Origin: Chiloscyllium plagiosum
Taxonomy: Eukaryota
DNA: 50,882 bases
NCBI RefSeq assembly: GCF_004010195.1
Contig: NC_057750.1
Coordinates: 891,115-941,996, forward strand
Direction of reading: 5' to 3'
The translations under genes and the position numbers were made by a program. The number at the start of each line of letters is the position of its first letter. The first letter of the stretch is position 1. The notes beneath the pieces were generated by a model. That model did no database searches, was not told where the DNA came from, and worked only from the letters and a program-made list of their open reading frames with translations. Shown here piece by piece: positions 1 to 11,172 of this stretch.

Positions 1-130
1 TGTGTGAGAGAGTGTGTGTGTGTGCGTCTGTGTGTGAGAGTGTGTGTGTGTGTGTGTGAGAGTGTGTGTCTGTGTGAGAGTGTATGTGTGTGTGTGAGAG
101 TGCGTGTGTGAGAGTGCGTGTGTGAGAGTG
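1..130. repeat. (TG)n/(TGAGAG)-type compound microsatellite
   Basis: TG dinucleotide runs interrupted by GAGAG, seen directly. Confidence 0.95.
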
Positions 131-284
131 TTGTTTCAGAGTGGAAGGTTATTGATCTTAGTATCAAGTTAACACTTCACATGTTTGGGTGAGAGTGCGT
201 GTGTGAGAGTGCGTGTGTGAGAGTGTTGTTTCAGAGTGGAAGGTTATTGATCTTAGTATCAAGTTAACACTTCACATGTTTGGG
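95..284. repeat. Exact 95-bp tandem duplication
   Basis: 95-189 and 190-284 read identically (TGAGAGTGCG...CACATGTTTGGG). Confidence 0.9.
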
Positions 285-624
285 CATTGTCGTCATAGCA
301 ACCTGCCATGTGTTTTGAAAGAGTTAAAAATGTTTTGGTCATTGTATTTGTTATAATGTCATCCCCAAAGAAGAGAAATGGTTAATTTTGGGATCATGGA
401 CTGTGTAGGTGCTCATAATATTGTTAATAAAACGTCAGGGGAAACAAATGTGTGTGAAGTGATCAGTGGAAGGACGATCCTAAACTGGGGAAAACTGAAG
501 AATTCTCAACGTTCCCAGCTAAAAAATATGAATTGGAAGGAATCACAAAGAAAGGAAGAGAGAATTTGCGAACATGCAGCAAGTTCCATGGCATCTCAGA
601 AAGCTTCATGGTCGATTAGGTCAT

Positions 625-735
625 TGTCAGAAACATAGCAGCTAGCTTCTGCACAGCAAGATCCCAAAAAACAGCTATAAGTTAAATTCCATACAGAATG
701 TGTTGGTGCTCTTGATTGAGGGATAAACACTGACC
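625..735 (-). mobile_element. Old Deu-domain-type (SacSINE1-like) SINE relic, 3' part
   Basis: GCACAGCAAGATCCCA..AACAGC...GATTGAGGGATAAACA resembles the recalled shark Deu-SINE consensus and relics at about 6385 and 31555. Confidence 0.4.
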
Positions 736-751
736 ATTGGTCATTCTTACA

Positions 752-1053
752 GCACACTGGTTAGGCCACTTTTGGAATACTGCCTGCAGTTCTGGTCTCC
801 CTGCTATTGGAAAGACGTTGTAAAACTCGAAAGGGTTTGGAAAAGATTTACACGGATGTTGCTGAGGTTGGAGGGTTTGGGTGAAAGGGAGAGGTTGAAT
901 GGAATTGGGCTGTTTTCCCTGGAGCGTTAGAGGTTGAGGGCTGACCTTATAGAGGTGTATAAAATTATGAGAGACATGGATAGGGTAAACAGACAAGGAG
1001 TTCAAAACTAGAAGGTGTAGGTTTAAGGTGGGAGGGGAAAGGTTGAAAGGGGA
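752..1053 (+). mobile_element. CR1/HER1-type LINE fragment (ORF2 C-terminus)
   Basis: Encodes LVRPLLEYCLQFWSP, the CR1 ORF2 motif; homologous to other copies in the window. Confidence 0.85.
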
Positions 1054-1244
1054 AGCATCAACAGATCCCCTGATCACAAGTAAAAAACGTAATCATGGCA
1101 TAAAGAGGATCAAGTGTGGGAGATTTAGAGAAGATAGTTTCTATTGAGATTTTGGTGGACCTTATTTTCATTGTGTGCCAGTTGGGCATTTTGTTGTTCT
1201 CTAATGGGTCAGTAACTGAATACAGGAAACAATTCATCCATCCT

Positions 1245-1547
1245 GACACGGTGACTCAGTGATTAACACTGCTGCCTCACAGTACCAGAGATCTGGGTTC
1301 GATTCCACCCTCGGGCGACTGTCAGTGTGGAGTTTGTACATTCTCCCTGTGTCTGCGTGGGTTTCCTCCGGGTGCTCCAGTTTCCTCCCACAGTCCAAAG
1401 ATGTGCAGGTCAGGTGAATTGACCATGGGAAATGCAGGGTTACAAGGATAGGGGAGTGTGGTGGGTCTAGGTAGAATGCTCATCAGAGGGTTGATGTGGA
1501 CTCAATGGGCTGAATGGCCTATTTCCATGCTGTAGGGATTCTATGAT
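1245..1547 (+). mobile_element. HE1-type tRNA-derived SINE
   Basis: A box (GTGACTCAGTGATTA), B box (GGTTCGATTCC), central GTGGAGTTTGTACATTCTCCC...GGGTTTCCTCCGGGTGCTCC block, and CR1-like tail ...CTGTAGGGATTCTATGA. Confidence 0.9.
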
Positions 1548-1569
1548 CTCTGATTTAGAATATCCCACC

Positions 1570-2201
1570 TGGTATGGACCAGACAAACCCCCTTCACATA
1601 TATCAGAGAGGTAGCCTTGATCCTAACATTTATCTTATCGAAAGGCAAAGTAAGGCGCTGTGTTTCAGGTGTAACTCGATTAATCACACTACTCGGTTTA
1701 AGCAGGCATACTTTAACCTTACTCCCAGTTAAAATACAAACAAAAGAAAGAAGAATTGGTCTAACTTTAACTCTATTGGAAAACTTAACAGAATAATAGA
1801 TCATTTAACCACTAAATAGCAACTGTTCCAATATAGTAACATCCATAAACATACTCTTGGCAAAAGGCAACTTCAGTAAAATAGATTGTATCAAATATGA
1901 TTCAAGAAGCAGAGAGAAAACCCAAGCTTTTAGCTGGAACCGTGAGAGAGATGTAACAACTTCCACATCCAGTTTCAAAATCCCCAGCAACTACTGAAAC
2001 CTAAACTAAAATCCTGGCTCTGTGGGAGCCTGACCCCACCCTTTCAGGCAGCTTCTATTGTTCCAATTTTAATAAAAACACACAAAGCCTCACAAGCTGT
2101 TTACTTTATGGCTTTGAACAGACCACCCCCCCATTTCTGTCTCAACCTCTCTTCATAACCAAAGGACAAATTCCACTTCTGAAACCCATAATATTGTCAC
2201 A
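1570..2201 (-). mobile_element. Probable solo LTR
   Basis: TG(G)TAT...GTCACA termini; flanking 4-mers CACC (1566-1569) and CATC (2202-2205) form a 1-mismatch TSD; no internal coding sequence. Confidence 0.55.
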
Positions 2202-2798
2202 CATCCATAAAGACACTGACTATCTTGACCAGTCTAGACTAGGGGCTGTCTCCAACTCTGTACCTGCCCTCCACTGGGGTGGAGAAAGATCTCACTTCAG
2301 TCAAACTGTATCACCAGTTTATGACCAAGGTCCTTTGTCATGTCCTACAGGGCAGTGAGAGATAGACTACCGATCGCAGTTTTGCCAGCAACTACTCAGA
2401 ATTCCAAATCAGGTGCCACCTCATTTCTCACCAGTGCCTGGGAGATCATTGCCCTGCAGAGAGATGAGGTGAGAGTATCTCACATTGAGACAGTGTCATC
2501 ACAGCTCACTAGTGAGACTGTCATGTATAAAACATGGTAGTAAGTTTGCAGCTATCACCAGGATTGATGGTATAGTCAATAGTGAACAGATTATCTAAGA
2601 TTATAAAGAGATCTTGATCAACTGGGTCAATGGGCAGATGGAGTTTAATTTGGATTAATGTGAGTATTGCATTTGGTAAAATAAACAAAGGCAGGACTTG
2701 TACAATTAAAAGCAGGGCCTTGGACAGTGTGGCAGAACAGAGAGACCTCGGGGTTCAGATACATAATTCTTTAAAGTTTGCATCACAGGTAGACAGGG

Positions 2799-2926
2799 AG
2801 GAGAAAGTGAGGATTGAAGATACCGGAGATCAGAGTTGAGAGTATGGTGCTGGAAAAGCACAGCAGGTCAGACAGCATCTGAGGAGCAGGAGAGTCGACG
2901 TTTCAGGCAAAAGCCCTTCATCAGGA
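2799..2926 (-). mobile_element. Short PLE terminal-repeat insert, family A, with HHR
   Basis: 128-bp insert flanked by a perfect 17-bp TSD ATCACAGGTAGACAGGG (2782-2798 and 2927-2943). Confidence 0.85.
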
Positions 2927-2929
2927 ATC
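2892..2929 (-). ncRNA. Minimal type I hammerhead ribozyme motif
   Basis: Minus strand reads GATTC-CTGATGA-A-GGGC-TTTT-GCCT-GAAAC-GTC-GACTC: intact core, stem II, GUC triplet, imperfect stem I. Confidence 0.7.
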
Positions 2930-3941
2930 ACAGGTAGACAGGGTCATTAGGAAGGCATTTAGCATGCTTGCCTTCATTGATTAGACCTTTGAGCATCGGA
3001 GTAGGGATGTCATGTTGAGATTGTACAGGATGTTGGTGAACTCTCTTCTGGAGTAGTATGTCCAATTCTGGTCACCTTGTTATAGGAAGGATGTTAATAA
3101 GCTGAAGAGGGTTCAGAAGAGATTTACCAAGATGTTGCCGGTAATGGAGGGTTTGAGATATAAGGAGAGGCTGGATAGGCTGGGACCTTTTCACTGGAGC
3201 GTAGGAGGTTGAGAGGTGACCTTATAACAGCTCATAAAATCATGAGAGGTATAGAATGGCAAATGTCTTTTCTTTCGGGTGGGGGAGTGCAAGACTAGGG
3301 GACATATTTTAAGGTGAGAGGAGAAAGATTTTAAAAATACACGAGGGACAACTTTTTTACACAGAGGGTGGCTTGTGTGTGGAATGGACTTCCAGAGGAA
3401 GTGGTGGATGTGGAAACAGTTACAACGTTTAAAAGACATTTGGATAAGGACATGAATAGGAAAGGTTTAGAGGGATATGGGTCAGGAGCAGGCAGCTGGG
3501 ACTCGTTTAGTTTGGGAAATCTGGTCAGCATGGACTTGTTCAACCGAAGGCCTATTTCCGTGCTGTATAACTCTGTGACTCTAGAACTATGACTTTTGGT
3601 GTTTCATCCATAAGGTGGAAAATCAGATTGCTTTTCCTCCTCAGGAATCTCACCTTCTTCCCACTTTGCTGCATTTCCCAAATCTCTTTCCACTGCCCAT
3701 TCAGTCATTGGAAATATTCTGCTGTCTGAATCTGCCGATTCAGTTGAGTGAGTCTGAGATGAACAGACTGAAAGAGCTCTTTGTGCATTTCGATAAGTCT
3801 CTCACTATCCAGACTTCCCGGCCCAGTAATTCCTTTACCCCCTGCCATTGTGGACAAGGACAGCTTGCAGACAACTTTATTAAGGAGTCGCCCTATGATG
3901 AGAGATCCTCGCAGGAGGGGAAAGATCAAAATGCAATTTCA

Positions 3942-4075
3942 AATCTAAAGAAGGGTCACTGGGCCACAGACGTTAACTCTCTCTCTCTCTCTCTCTCCAC
4001 AGATGCTGCCAGACCTGCTGAGTTTCCCTGTTTTTCTTTCAGATTTCCAACATCACCAGTTTTTTTTTGTTTTAT
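3942..4075 (+). mobile_element. Short PLE-derived insert, family B (degenerate HHR, internal CT microsatellite)
   Basis: CTAAAGAAGGGTCACTGGGCC..ACGTTAACTC...CCACAGATGCTGCCAGACCTGCTGAGTTT; matches other family B copies. Confidence 0.65.
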
Positions 4076-4451
4076 TTTAATTAAAAGTTATTTTTCTGAC
4101 TCTATTCTCCTGATCTCTTGCCTGGGAAGTGATGCCCTGTATCTCTTCCACAGGCCAGTCGCCTGCCTGCTCTGATTTTGAGCAGATTGGTCCAACTGAC
4201 CTTCCTCTGAGTAACAGAGAGGAACATCACCCACTGTCCATTCAGACGTGAATATGTAGCAGCTGTTTCTGCTGCTTTTAATAAACGGCACACAGCCCTG
4301 AACTCAAGGTTGGGAGCTGGTTTGCAGGAACTCTGGTCTCTGGTGGTAATTAAAGAGATGGCAGGTTATCTCCAACTGCTGCATTAATCAAAAATCCAAT
4401 ATTCATTCTTCAACACGCGCGCCTTGTTAACTATTTATTGATTGAAGATTT

Positions 4452-4811
4452 CTTTTTATTCACTGGTAGGATATGGGCATCATTGGCTGGGTCAGCTGTT
4501 TTTACTATATAGTCAGAGTTAATTGCCCATCCCAGAGAGTAGTTAAGAGTCAACCCCATTTCTGTGGGTCTGGAGTCACATGTGGGCTAGACCAGGTAAG
4601 GATGGCAGTTTCCCTCCCTAAAGGACATTATTGACCCAGGTGGGTTTTTCCTGACAGTCAATAATGGATTCATGGCCATCATTAGACTCTTAATTCTAGA
4701 GATTTTGTTGAATTCAAATTCCACCAACAGCTACCATGGCATTCAAACCTGGATCCCTGGTGGGTCTCTGGATTAAGAGTCCAGTGACAATACCACTAGG
4801 CCATCATCTCC
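4452..4811 (-). mobile_element. Second tRNA-derived SINE family (SlmI-like body)
   Basis: Reverse complement of the AAAAACCCATCTG.TTCACTAATGTCCTTTAGGGAAGGAAA...GACTCTTAACTGCCCT body; its tail is shared with the LINE 3' end at 17828-18062. Confidence 0.75.
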
Positions 4812-4817
4812 TCTATA

Positions 4818-4925
4818 ATTTATTGCCCGTCCCTAGTTGCCCCCTTGAGAAGGTGGGGGTGAACTGCCTTCTTGAACCTCTGCAGTCCATATGCTGTGGG
4901 TTGACCCACAATGTCCTTTGGAAAG
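4818..4925 (-). mobile_element. 3' end of the partner LINE of the second SINE family
   Basis: Reverse complement of 17900-18015. Confidence 0.7.
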
Positions 4926-5178
4926 GGGACGCTATGACCTAGTGGTATTATCACTAGAGTATTTAGCCTGAAACTCAGCGAATGCTCTGTGGTTCAAATT
5001 CAATTTTTAAAAATCTGTAATTAAGAATCTAATGATGACCATGAACCCATTGCTGATTGTCAGAAAAACCCATCTGATTCACTAATGTCCTTTAGGGAAG
5101 GAAACTGCCATCCTTACCTGGACTAGCCTACATGTGACTCCAGTCCTACAGCAATGGGGGTGACTCTTAACTGCCCTC
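4925..5178 (+). mobile_element. Second tRNA-derived SINE family copy
   Basis: Inverted homolog of 4535-4811. Confidence 0.75.
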
Positions 5179-5299
5179 AATGGTGCGCCAGGTGAGAGCT
5201 CCCTATTCACGACCAAAGGTCAGAGTGTTGTGGACTTGTTCCCTTCCCTCAACCCAGCTCAGTGGAGCCTGATCAATCACTAAACTACCCAACAGTCTG

Positions 5300-5512
5300 A
5301 GGAAATGGGGGTAAGTCTCTGAAGACTGAAATGAGGAGAAATGTTTTCACCCAGAGAGTGGCAAGCCTCTTTCGGAAACTGTTGAGGCCAACGCATTGAA
5401 GACTTTCAAGAAAGCTGTAGGTATCGTTCCAATCACAGAGAGTCACATGGCATAGAAACAATTCTTGGGATCAAAGAGTATTGGGAGAAAATGGGAACGA
5501 AGACTGAGTTAG
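5300..5512 (+). mobile_element. Old CR1 3' fragment
   Basis: AAGACTGAAATGAGGAGAAATGTTTTCACCCAGAGAGTGG matches the CR1 RRNFFTQRV motif. Confidence 0.6.
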
Positions 5513-5594
5513 ATGACAAAGGGGCAATGCTCCAAAAGCTTATGATTTCAAATAAACCAGTTGATCTATAACCACCATGGTCTGACTTCTGACC
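5513..5594 (+). mobile_element. Short PLE-derived insert, family C (degenerate HHR)
   Basis: GGGGCAATGCTCCAAAAGCTTATGATTTCAAATAAACC; homologous to 7470-7560. Confidence 0.6.
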
Positions 5595-5774
5595 AGCTCT
5601 GTACAGAGAGCAGCAAGTTCCCCTTCCAAGTGAGTAATGTCCAGGAGTTCAAGCCTGAAACCAAGCACTCCAACTGAATTCTCTGCGATTCATGTGTGTG
5701 CCTGATGAAGTCAGTGTGTAACTCCCCTTCCCTTCCCCAGGACTATTGAAGAAAAGCAGAAAACGTTGCCTCTT

Positions 5775-5905
5775 AGGAAGGGTCAATGGACCCAAAGCAT
5801 TAATTCTGTTTCTCTCTTCACAGTTGCTGCCAGATCTGTTGAGTTTCTCCAGCGATTTCTGGCTTTGTTTGTTTCAGATCTCCAGCCCCCGCAGTTCTTA
5901 TTGTG
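5775..5905 (+). mobile_element. Short PLE-derived insert, family B
   Basis: GGAAGGGTCAATGGACCC..CATTAATTCTG...TGCTGCCAGATCTGTTGAGTTTCTCCAGC. Confidence 0.65.
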
Positions 5906-6128
5906 TTGTTTCAGAGAACTCTCTCTGTTGCTTTTACTTTGTTCTGGCAAAATCCCTGTTCAACTACAAACCGATTCTTTTGTTTCATTGCATTGGTAGC
6001 AGGGTCTGGGATTTCCAAACTGAACCGACTCGGGTCTAAGTGTTGCGATACTGCGTGGAGTAGCCACTCTATCCATTCTGTGTTGGATTGGAGGTTCACT
6101 GCTTGGGACTTCAGGCTACCTTAATGAT

Positions 6129-6250
6129 AAAAGCAAAATACTGTTGCTGCTGGAAATCTGAAACCAACACAGAGGAACTCAGCAGGTTTGGCAGCATCTG
6201 TGGAGAGAGAAACAGAGTTAATGGTTCAAGTATGACTGCTCTTCAGAATT
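6129..6250 (-). mobile_element. Short PLE-derived insert, family B
   Basis: GCAAAATACTG...CTGGAAATCTGAAAC...GGCAGCATCTGTGGAGAGAGAAACAGAGTTAA...CTCTTCAGAA; CTGAAGA core on the minus strand. Confidence 0.7.
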
Positions 6251-6384
6251 ATTCTCTTGCATTCTTAATTATGATTGCCAAAATTTTAAAAAACACATAT
6301 ATTTATACTGTGCCTTTGATGACTACTGGAGTCTTTAAGTGTTATACAGCTGATGAACTATTTTCATGGTCAGTGTCATAATAT

Positions 6385-6645
6385 AAGAAATATGGCAGCT
6401 AATTTACAGAGAATGAGCAGTGCAATAATGACCTGATTATCTGATTCAGTGACATTGATTGATGGACAGATCTGGACCAGTTCGCTTACGGCCAGTTTTA
6501 AATAGATCTTTAATAGCCACTTGAGAGAGCAGATGAGACTGGACTAGATATAATGTGTCATGGAATAAACAGCTGCTCTAACAGTTCAACACTCCCGAGG
6601 AAGTGTCAGCCTTGGTTAGGTCCTGGAGCGAGACTTGAACCCAGA
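6385..6645 (-). mobile_element. Old Deu-domain-type SINE relic
   Basis: ACAGTTCAACACTCCC..GAAGTGTCAGCCT...GACTTGAACCC is a reverse-strand B box plus Deu-like body. Confidence 0.5.
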
Positions 6646-6957
6646 TAGCAACATGTACTTCCTATTGCTGCTAACCTGGTGGATCATTGCCCTACTCAGA
6701 AACCCTCTGCAAAGTGAAAAGTGGGATTATTCTTTTTAAGACACATAACGTTTGTTGTCAGTTTTCCCAATCAACTATTACAATCACTGAGATCCTTCCG
6801 AGGTATCTCAATGCATCATCCCATCAGCACATGGGCTTTCAGAACCCAATTCCTAGCATCAGCTGTCCATTTAGGTGTTGGTCTCTCCAGATCCACACCA
6901 GGGGACACAATGATTCCAGCCTGTACTGTTACTACAATCTACATCATTACTTATTGT

Positions 6958-7230
6958 GGCATGGTGGCTCAATGGATAGCATTGCTGCTTCACAGCACCA
7001 GGGACCTGGGTACAATTCCAGCCTCAGGTGACTGTCTGTGTGGAGTTTGTACGTTCTCCCCATGTCTGTGTGGATTTCCTCCCACAGTCCAAAGACGTGC
7101 AGGTTAGGTGGGTTAGTCATGGGAAATGCAGGGTTAGGGTAAGGATCTGGGTGGAGATGCTCTTCAGACGGTCAGTGTGGACTCACTGGGTGAAGTAGGC
7201 CTGCTTCCACACTGTAGGGATTCTATGATT
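6958..7230 (+). mobile_element. HE1-type SINE
   Basis: A/B boxes, central conserved block and CACACTGTAGGGATTCTATGA tail. Confidence 0.9.
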
Positions 7231-7469
7231 ATCACTCAGTCAGTTTAACACGGCAACATAAGATCATATCAGGTTACAACACAAAGTGGCATAAGACTCA
7301 CTATCCTGAGGCTGAGGTATTACCCACACTGGTGAGGGGGAGCTGATCAGGTGGGTCTGCCCATTGTCTCTGAGCCTCCTGATTCCGTGATGGTTCCAGA
7401 TGTCTTCAAATTTCTACATGTTTTTGCTTGACCTCCCAGAAAGTCTGACTCCTGTCCAACGCCCCAGAG

Positions 7470-7560
7470 ACTTCACCTGACAAAGGTGCAGCGCTCCAAA
7501 AGCTTGAGACTTCAAATGAACCTGTTGGACTATAACCTGCTGTTGTGCGACTTCTGACCT
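7470..7560 (+). mobile_element. Short PLE-derived insert, family C (degenerate HHR)
   Basis: CAC-CTGACAA-AGGTGC-AGC-GCTCC-AAAAGCTT...CCTGTTGGACTATAACCTG. Confidence 0.7.
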
Positions 7561-8476
7561 CTCATGACAGTGTTGGATGATATAAACTGCGTTTGTTCCC
7601 AAGGCTCACTGCTATTGGGCAACTATTGATAAGCAATTAAAACAACATTACTAGTGTTATCAGCAAACTAAGAACAATATAGAAAACAATTCACTTGAGT
7701 TAATAGGAGCATTTTCCACAAGAGAAACATCCTGAGGTTATTCGAGAAGCATTAACAGCCTTCTACAGGAGAGAGAGAGATTAAACATTGCACAAAGCTT
7801 GGTCAAGCAACTGGGTTTTATGAAGTTTCTTTAAAAGTAGAAGCAAACATGTATGTGAGGACACTGTGATCTGATGTCAAGAATTAATGATCAGATTTTC
7901 TGATAAAATAAATACAAATATTCAATAATTTGAACTAAGTATATAAATAAAGCAGCAACTTGGGAATTCAGTGTTTGTAAAGGTCACTTATCAGACTATT
8001 TAAATGAAGTGACTTTGTATAACGATTAAACTGTACACAGCCTTTAACTGTGATACATCCCCCATTCCTGATAGGTTTCCCCTGGGTGCTGAAGTCATAC
8101 ACTCATGTTCACAGATCAAAGGCATTGTTTATTGTCTTCTCACTAACTCAGACTCTGTTTTGCTATGTGGTCGCTATTTAAATGTTTGCAACAAGTTAAT
8201 GACAATTACATGAGTATTCCTCCTGGACTCTATTAAAATGCTCATTAATTAAATGAACACATTGTCCTATTTTCAGAGCTCCCCAAACAAAGATTGCAAA
8301 TGTTTCATGGAACTGCTCTTTTGGCTGCGCCTGGGAGCTAGTTCCGTAGTTATTCATCACGACTTCCTACACTTATCTGAGCAGCTCTTTGACCATGGAG
8401 GGAGCACAAACCAGCCAAGTCCTCACTCAGAACCCAACTTACTGGAATTCCTATCCAAGAGGCCATTGTTCAGATT

Positions 8477-8523
8477 CTGGATTAGTGGTGCTGGAAGAGC
8501 ACAGCAGTTCAGGCAGCATCCAA
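8477..8523 (-). mobile_element. 47-bp family A micro-insert
   Basis: Matches 18744-18790 and 29396-29441; 13-bp TSD CATTGTTCAGATT (8464-8476 and 8524-8536). Confidence 0.85.
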
Positions 8524-8642
8524 CATTGTTCAGATTACAGCAGTGTGTCACATCTTTATCTTTAGCTGGTTTCCGTGCATATTTATTGATGAGTAGGAGC
8601 AGGGGGCTGATTGTTCCTTCACTGAGTCTCCCCCTATATCTC

Positions 8643-9038
8643 CTTCTTCTCATTGGAGTGAAGAAGGATGAGAGGTGACTTGATAGAGGTGTACAGGATG
8701 ATGAGAGGTATAGATAGAGTGGATAGTGAGAGACTTTTTCCCAGGGCAGAAATGTCTATCACGAGGGGGGCATAATTTTAAGGTGATTAGAGGAAGGTTT
8801 CGGGGAGATGTCAGAGTTAGATGATTTACACAGAGAGTGGTAGGTGCGTGGAATGCACTGTCAGTAGTGGTAGAAAAGTCAGATACATTAGGGACATTAA
8901 AGTGACTCTTGGATAGGCACGTTGCAGATAGTACAATGGAGGATATGTTGGTTTGTCTGATCTTAGAATAGGATAAAGGCTAGCACAACATCGAGGGCTG
9001 AAGAGCCTGTACTGTGCTATGTTCTGTGTTCTATGTTC
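8643..9038 (+). mobile_element. CR1/HER1-type LINE 3' end
   Basis: RRMRGDLIEVYRMMRG and FTQRVVGAWNAL motifs; tail GTTCTGTGTTCTATGTTC. Confidence 0.9.
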
Positions 9039-9121
9039 ACAGGGGATTCTGGAGTCACTGTCACTGTCAAAATGGAACTAATCCAAAGGCTTACTGCCTT
9101 GGTCATATCACAGTGTAGCAT

Positions 9122-9451
9122 GGGAGGCTGTGCTGTACTGGTCATTTCATGATCCTAATAATCCAGATCCCAACTCTGGTACAGAGGCTGGAATCTCACA
9201 ATGTAAATGGTGAAGGATGAATTCAATAAGAAAGAAGTTAGCCCAATAATAACCATGTAAGTAATGTCAATTGCTTTAAAACTCCATCTGATTCACTAAT
9301 GCCCAATAGGGAAGGAAATCTGTCATGGTCTGGTTGACTCATAACTATAGACCCACAGCAATGTGACTGACTCTTAGCTACCCTCTGGGCAATTAGGGAT
9401 GTGCAATAAATATTGATCTAGCCAGTGATGTCTTCATCCTGCGCAAAGAAT
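9122..9451 (+). mobile_element. Second tRNA SINE family copy (diverged, near full length)
   Basis: CCATCTGATTCACTAATG...GGGAAGGAAATCTG...GGGCAATTAGGGATGTGCAATAAA. Confidence 0.7.
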
Positions 9452-9463
9452 GTTCCTTTGAAT

Positions 9464-9660
9464 TCATGATGTGGAGGTGATGGTGTTGGGCTGGGGTGGA
9501 CAAAGTCAGAAGTCACATGACACCAGGTTCTCATCCAACAGGTGTATTTAAAATCACAAGCTTTCGGAGAACTGTTCCTTTATCAATGAAGGGGCAGTAC
9601 TCTGAAAGCTTATGGTTTCAAATAAACCTGTTGGTCTATAACCTGGTGTTGTGTGATTTT
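9464..9660. mobile_element. Family C fold-back (palindromic) PLE insert
   Basis: Inverted arms around about 9583; candidate TSD TTTGAATTCA (9457-9466) / TTTGGATTCA (9659-9668). Confidence 0.75.
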
Positions 9661-10299
9661 TGGATTCAGTCACCACTGATCCTCAAAGTCGATATTTAGT
9701 CATTAAATCTGCTACTTAATAATTACACATTCATTGCAAATTAGCCGTATTGAAGTGATTACAAGGAACACGGGAGTGAAGTGGAGAACATATAACATGA
9801 CTCGAACAGAAATGTAAATAACTGAGGTACAGAGATGAAACATCGGATAATTATCCTACTAATGCTTTCATCTCTGATTGAAAAATCAACGCTTCTTAAT
9901 TCTATCAGTTAAATAACATGCAAATTTGTCTGCAGTGTTCAATAGCATTCATTGAATAAAAAGGGATCAGATTATCCTTGTCAGCTTGTTCCAAAAGACT
10001 CTCTGAGCAGACACTGACACAAACACATTCAAACTTCATCCATGCACATTTGTCCTCAGTTCACCAGCCTGTTCTGAAGTGGATTTTTGAGGGGCTGGTG
10101 GGCCATGGTAGTGATCACAGTTTGAGGTTAACATCATACTAACGTATGAATCATAATCTGTCATTGGATCAGATATGACAATGTAAGGAAAGGCTGGATT
10201 ATACAGTCATAATGTGGAGGTGTTGGTGTTGGACTCAGGTGGATGAGTATAAGGTCACTGTCTTTGGTGATAACAATAGAAAGCAGATCTTTTCTTCTT

Positions 10300-10820
10300 A
10301 AAAGGTGTGACACATTGATGTTCAGAGAGACTTGGATGTGCTTACACAAGGAATATAGAGGGTTAGCATGCAGGTACAGCAAGCAACAGGAAGGTCAATG
10401 GTAGGTTGGCCTTGATCACAAAGAGGATTAATGAAGTGGAGAAAGAAAGTCTGGTTGCAATTACATGGGGCTTCAGTGAGCACATGTCAGGAATACTGCA
10501 TCCAAATCTAAAACAGTACCTGTTTGCATTGGAGGCAAAGATTCATTTGATTGGTCCCTTGGTTGAGAGAGTTGTTCTATGATGAGAGACTGAATGAATT
10601 GGGCCTAGCTTCTCTTAAATCAAGAAGACTGAGAGGTGATCTCATTGAAACATTCAAGACTCTGATGTTTCCCCCTGGGCTGGAGAATCTAGACCATTAT
10701 GGGGGAAAGCAGGGGTCATAGTCTCAGGATAAAGGAACCATCATTTAGCGCTGAGGTGAAGAGTTACTTCATACAGAGTGCTGTGAATCTTTGGATTCTC
10801 TACCCCACGGCACTGTAGAT
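10300..10820 (+). mobile_element. Old CR1 LINE fragment
   Basis: VQRDLDVL and RRLRGDLIETFK motifs with stops and indels. Confidence 0.75.
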
Positions 10821-10976
10821 TGTCTTAGTCTCCACTGAGGGACTATCAAATCGAGGCTGATCTGTATCGTAAACTGAGTAGGCCTGACATAGACACTGCT
10901 CTGATCAATGGAATTAAAGCATCTTTCTGTTATTGGCTGTGTGGGGTAAAGAGAAACATATCTTTACTCGATATCC

Positions 10977-11172
10977 ATCATGTGGAGGTGCCCGTGCTGG
11001 ACTGAGGTGGACAATGTCAGAAGTCACAACACACCAGGTTAGAGTCCAACAGGTTTGTTTGGAATTGCAAGTTCTCAGAGCACTGCTCCTTCGTCAGGTG
11101 GAGTCCACTTCAAGAAGCTACACTCTGAAAGCTTGCCATTTCAAATGAACCTGTTGTGTGATTTCAGACCTT
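10977..11172. mobile_element. Family C fold-back PLE insert
   Basis: Turn at AGGTGGA-G-TCCACTT (about 11096-11110); candidate TSD CTTTACTCGAT (10962-10972) / CTTTACTTGAT (11170-11180). Confidence 0.75.

Larger units (their letters stand above)
2536..3585 (+). mobile_element. CR1/HER1-type LINE, 5'-truncated, with 3' UTR; interrupted at 2799-2926
   Basis: EQRDLGVQIHNSLK and WNGLPEEVVDVETVTTFKRHLD motifs; 3' tail GTGCTGTATAACTCTGTGACTCTA. Confidence 0.9.

Noticed and set aside
3615..4175. 186-aa ORF
   Set aside because: Runs through a family B insert and a CT microsatellite; non-ATG start; no recognisable domain.
5702..5730. CTGATGA as a hammerhead core
   Set aside because: No downstream GAAA box or stem I; a plus-strand CTGATGA at 32146 was rejected for the same reason.
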